From the NCBI GenBank assembly GCA_051362555.1, contig CM120647.1, positions 20,684,651 through 20,748,650 on the forward strand: DNA of 64,000 nucleotides, read 5' to 3'. Shown in pieces: positions 62,371 to 64,000 of the stretch. Both the position numbers and the translations under genes were made by a program. This DNA is from Lingula anatina. Taxonomy: Eukaryota > Animalia > Brachiopoda. Within the stretch, counting starts at the first letter, position 1. Every line of letters starts with the position of its first letter. The notes beneath the pieces are model-generated. The model had not been told where the DNA came from, did not search any database, and saw nothing but the letters and a program-made list of their open reading frames with translations.

Positions 62371-62544
62371 GAGTGGCTGACAGCAGAGAAATGTGCCCCG
62401 TATCTCCTGTGTCGAGGTCTGGTGAGGATACGTTGTTATCAGGAGCTGAGCCGTGTCATAGCACATTTGACCAGAGTGGGGTGGATCAACTTCGGTATCA
62501 TCTCTCCCCCGCCAGACCTCTCTGTGTTACCTGACAGGCACAAG
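62371..62544 (+). CDS. KDM1B: Lysine-specific histone demethylase 1B (LSD2), internal exon: SWIRM C-terminal part
   Basis: TTGCAG acceptor, AAG|GTGGTT donor, phase 0/0. EWLTAEKCAPYLLCRGLVRIRCYQELSRVIAHLTRVGWINFGIISPPPDLSVLPDRHK contains the LSD2-specific RGLVRIRC motif. Confidence 0.93.
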
Positions 62545-62804
62545 GTGGTTTTTTTAATATATTTATTTATTTATTTATTTCTGCTGTTGTTTCTTTGTTT
62601 GTTTGTTTGTTTAAAGTATAAAATGAAAAATGAAATCAGATTTAAATGTTCACACTTTCATATTTTCCATGGACCTTTCAGTTCATTCACATTATTTTAT
62701 TCACTAATATTTATTGATTTAATTGTTTTTCTGTCTTGCATATTTCATTTTGCTAGCTCCTTATTGTCATGTCTAACTTGAGTATAAATTGTCTGCTATT
62801 TCAG

Positions 62805-62879
62805 CCAGAGGTTATAGTAATTGGGGCAGGAGCTGCTGGTCTTGGAGCAGCCAAACAACTCAAAAACTTTGCTGCTAAG
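62805..62879 (+). CDS. KDM1B: KDM1B/LSD2 internal exon: FAD-binding GxGxxG motif
   Basis: TTTCAG acceptor, AAG|GTACTG donor, phase 0/0; PEVIVIGAGAAGLGAAKQLKNFAAK. Confidence 0.93.
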
Positions 62880-63239
62880 GTACTGCTGATGCTGACCTAT
62901 AAGAATCTGATAAAAAGGAGGTGGGAGGGGTCCAAAAACAAAAATTCTAGAAAAAAGGACCTTTTACTTTGGATTTTATGACACGAAGAGGATTTTAATT
63001 TTATGGCCAAATAGAACTGAAAACCCTTGTTGGACGTATTATACTTTTTTTAAATGCAATAAATTTGGAATAATTGATATATTTTAACTGTTACAGTTAT
63101 TTAAACCAATTCTGACAATGAAAAAAATGTGATAAATTATTTTATATGACATGTAGGAATAGAATATAACTTCAGTGGATTAGATTTACAGACATCAATT
63201 ACATTGTATAACGTGGATTATTTATTTATTTATTTATTC

Positions 63240-63271
<32 letters not shown>

Positions 63272-63283
63272 TTACTACCCCAG

Positions 63284-63418
63284 GTGTGCATCCTTGAGGC
63301 TGCTGACCGTATTGGTGGACGTGTTTGGGATGACCAGTCACTAGGGGTGTGTGCTGGACGAGGGGCCATGCTGGTCAATGGGTGTATTAATAACCCTATC
63401 TGTGTGATGTGTGAACAG
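63284..63418 (+). CDS. KDM1B: KDM1B/LSD2 internal exon: amine oxidase domain (not in the supplied ORF track)
   Basis: CCCCAG acceptor, CAG|GTGGGT donor, phase 0/0. [45 protein letters not shown] carries the [14 protein letters not shown] and VNGCINNP motifs of LSD2. Confidence 0.93.
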
Positions 63419-63502
63419 GTGGGTGTATTAATAACCCTATCTGTGTGATGTGTGAACAGGTGGGTGTATTAATAACCCTATCTGTGTGATGTGTGAACAG
63501 GT
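63380..63502 (+). repeat. Perfect 41-bp tandem repeat x3 spanning a KDM1B exon end and donor
   Basis: GGGTGTATTAATAACCCTATCTGTGTGATGTGTGAACAGGT at 63380, 63421, 63462. Confidence 0.97.
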
Positions 63503-63658
63503 GGGTGGGATGTGGATAAAAAAAAAGAAAAAAAGAAGAAATGTGATGGAATAAGTCATGTGATCTGGGTTAATTAAAAGGTTAGGTACATGAGACAGAT
63601 GTTTTAATTGATTTGCATGAATGTTATTAACTTTAAGGATAAATGGTATTTCTTTCAG

Positions 63659-63830
63659 GCTGGGATAAAGTTACATCCCATCTCCCCAACTTGTGATCTC
63701 ATTGATGAGTCAGGCAAACAGATAGATGGCAGCACAGACAAGAGAATCGACTTCCATTTCAATGCACTTTTAGACATCATAGCTGAGTGGAGGAAAGAGA
63801 GGGATAGTCACAAAGATTGCAGCCTTTTAG
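63659..63830 (+). CDS. KDM1B: KDM1B/LSD2 internal exon: amine oxidase domain; gene continues beyond the window
   Basis: TTTCAG acceptor, TAG|GTGTGT donor, phase 0/1. AGIKLHPISPTCDLIDESGKQIDGSTDKRIDFHFNALLDIIAEWRKERDSHKDCSLL carries the LSD2 DKRxDFHFNALLD motif. Confidence 0.93.
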
Positions 63831-64000
63831 GTGTGTAATTGTTCCTTTCAATACAGTATATGTTTTTTTTTTTTTTTTTTTGTTTTTTTTTGCTATTTTA
63901 TTGCTTCATTTCTATGATAATCATGGACATATTTTTGTGGCAAAGAGGCTAGTTGAAACTGAAATATATTTCTTGCCAAAATGCCCCATACATTTATAGC

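Noticed and set aside
62545-62781. Hydrophobic C-terminal extension of the 62365-62781 ORF
   Set aside because: Read-through of a T-rich intron past the donor at 62545; LSD2 similarity resumes at 62805.

Overview
AT-rich, microsatellite-rich animal genomic DNA, most likely a marine invertebrate judging by the repeat types (species not determinable). It is not prokaryotic, and I see no CRISPR, rRNA or tRNA. The only host gene I can support is four + strand coding exons at 62371-63830 of lysine-specific histone demethylase 1B (KDM1B/LSD2), covering the end of the SWIRM domain and the start of the FAD-dependent amine oxidase domain. I could not find the preceding KDM1B exon by eye, so the first ~62 kb may be one giant intron (inference). 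That region holds: a decayed, internally deleted ISL2EU (PIF/Harbinger-related) transposon at 19079-21575, with a THAP/DDE transposase relic and an antisense spliced SAP/YqaJ relic; a 4.3-kb Helentron-type non-autonomous element at ~3505-7820 carrying 161-bp and ~335-bp satellite arrays; several small Helentron-type copies; many Harbinger/Tourist-like MITEs with 3-bp TSDs, clustered at 43.1-48.3 kb; two G-rich minisatellites; and many young tandem duplications. One duplication triplicates a KDM1B splice donor. I found no convincing wholly new biological system. The best leads are the triplicated donor, the doubly deleted ISL2EU with CTCF-like ends, the satellite-bearing Helentron and the modular MITE clan. 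All alignments and translations were done by eye.
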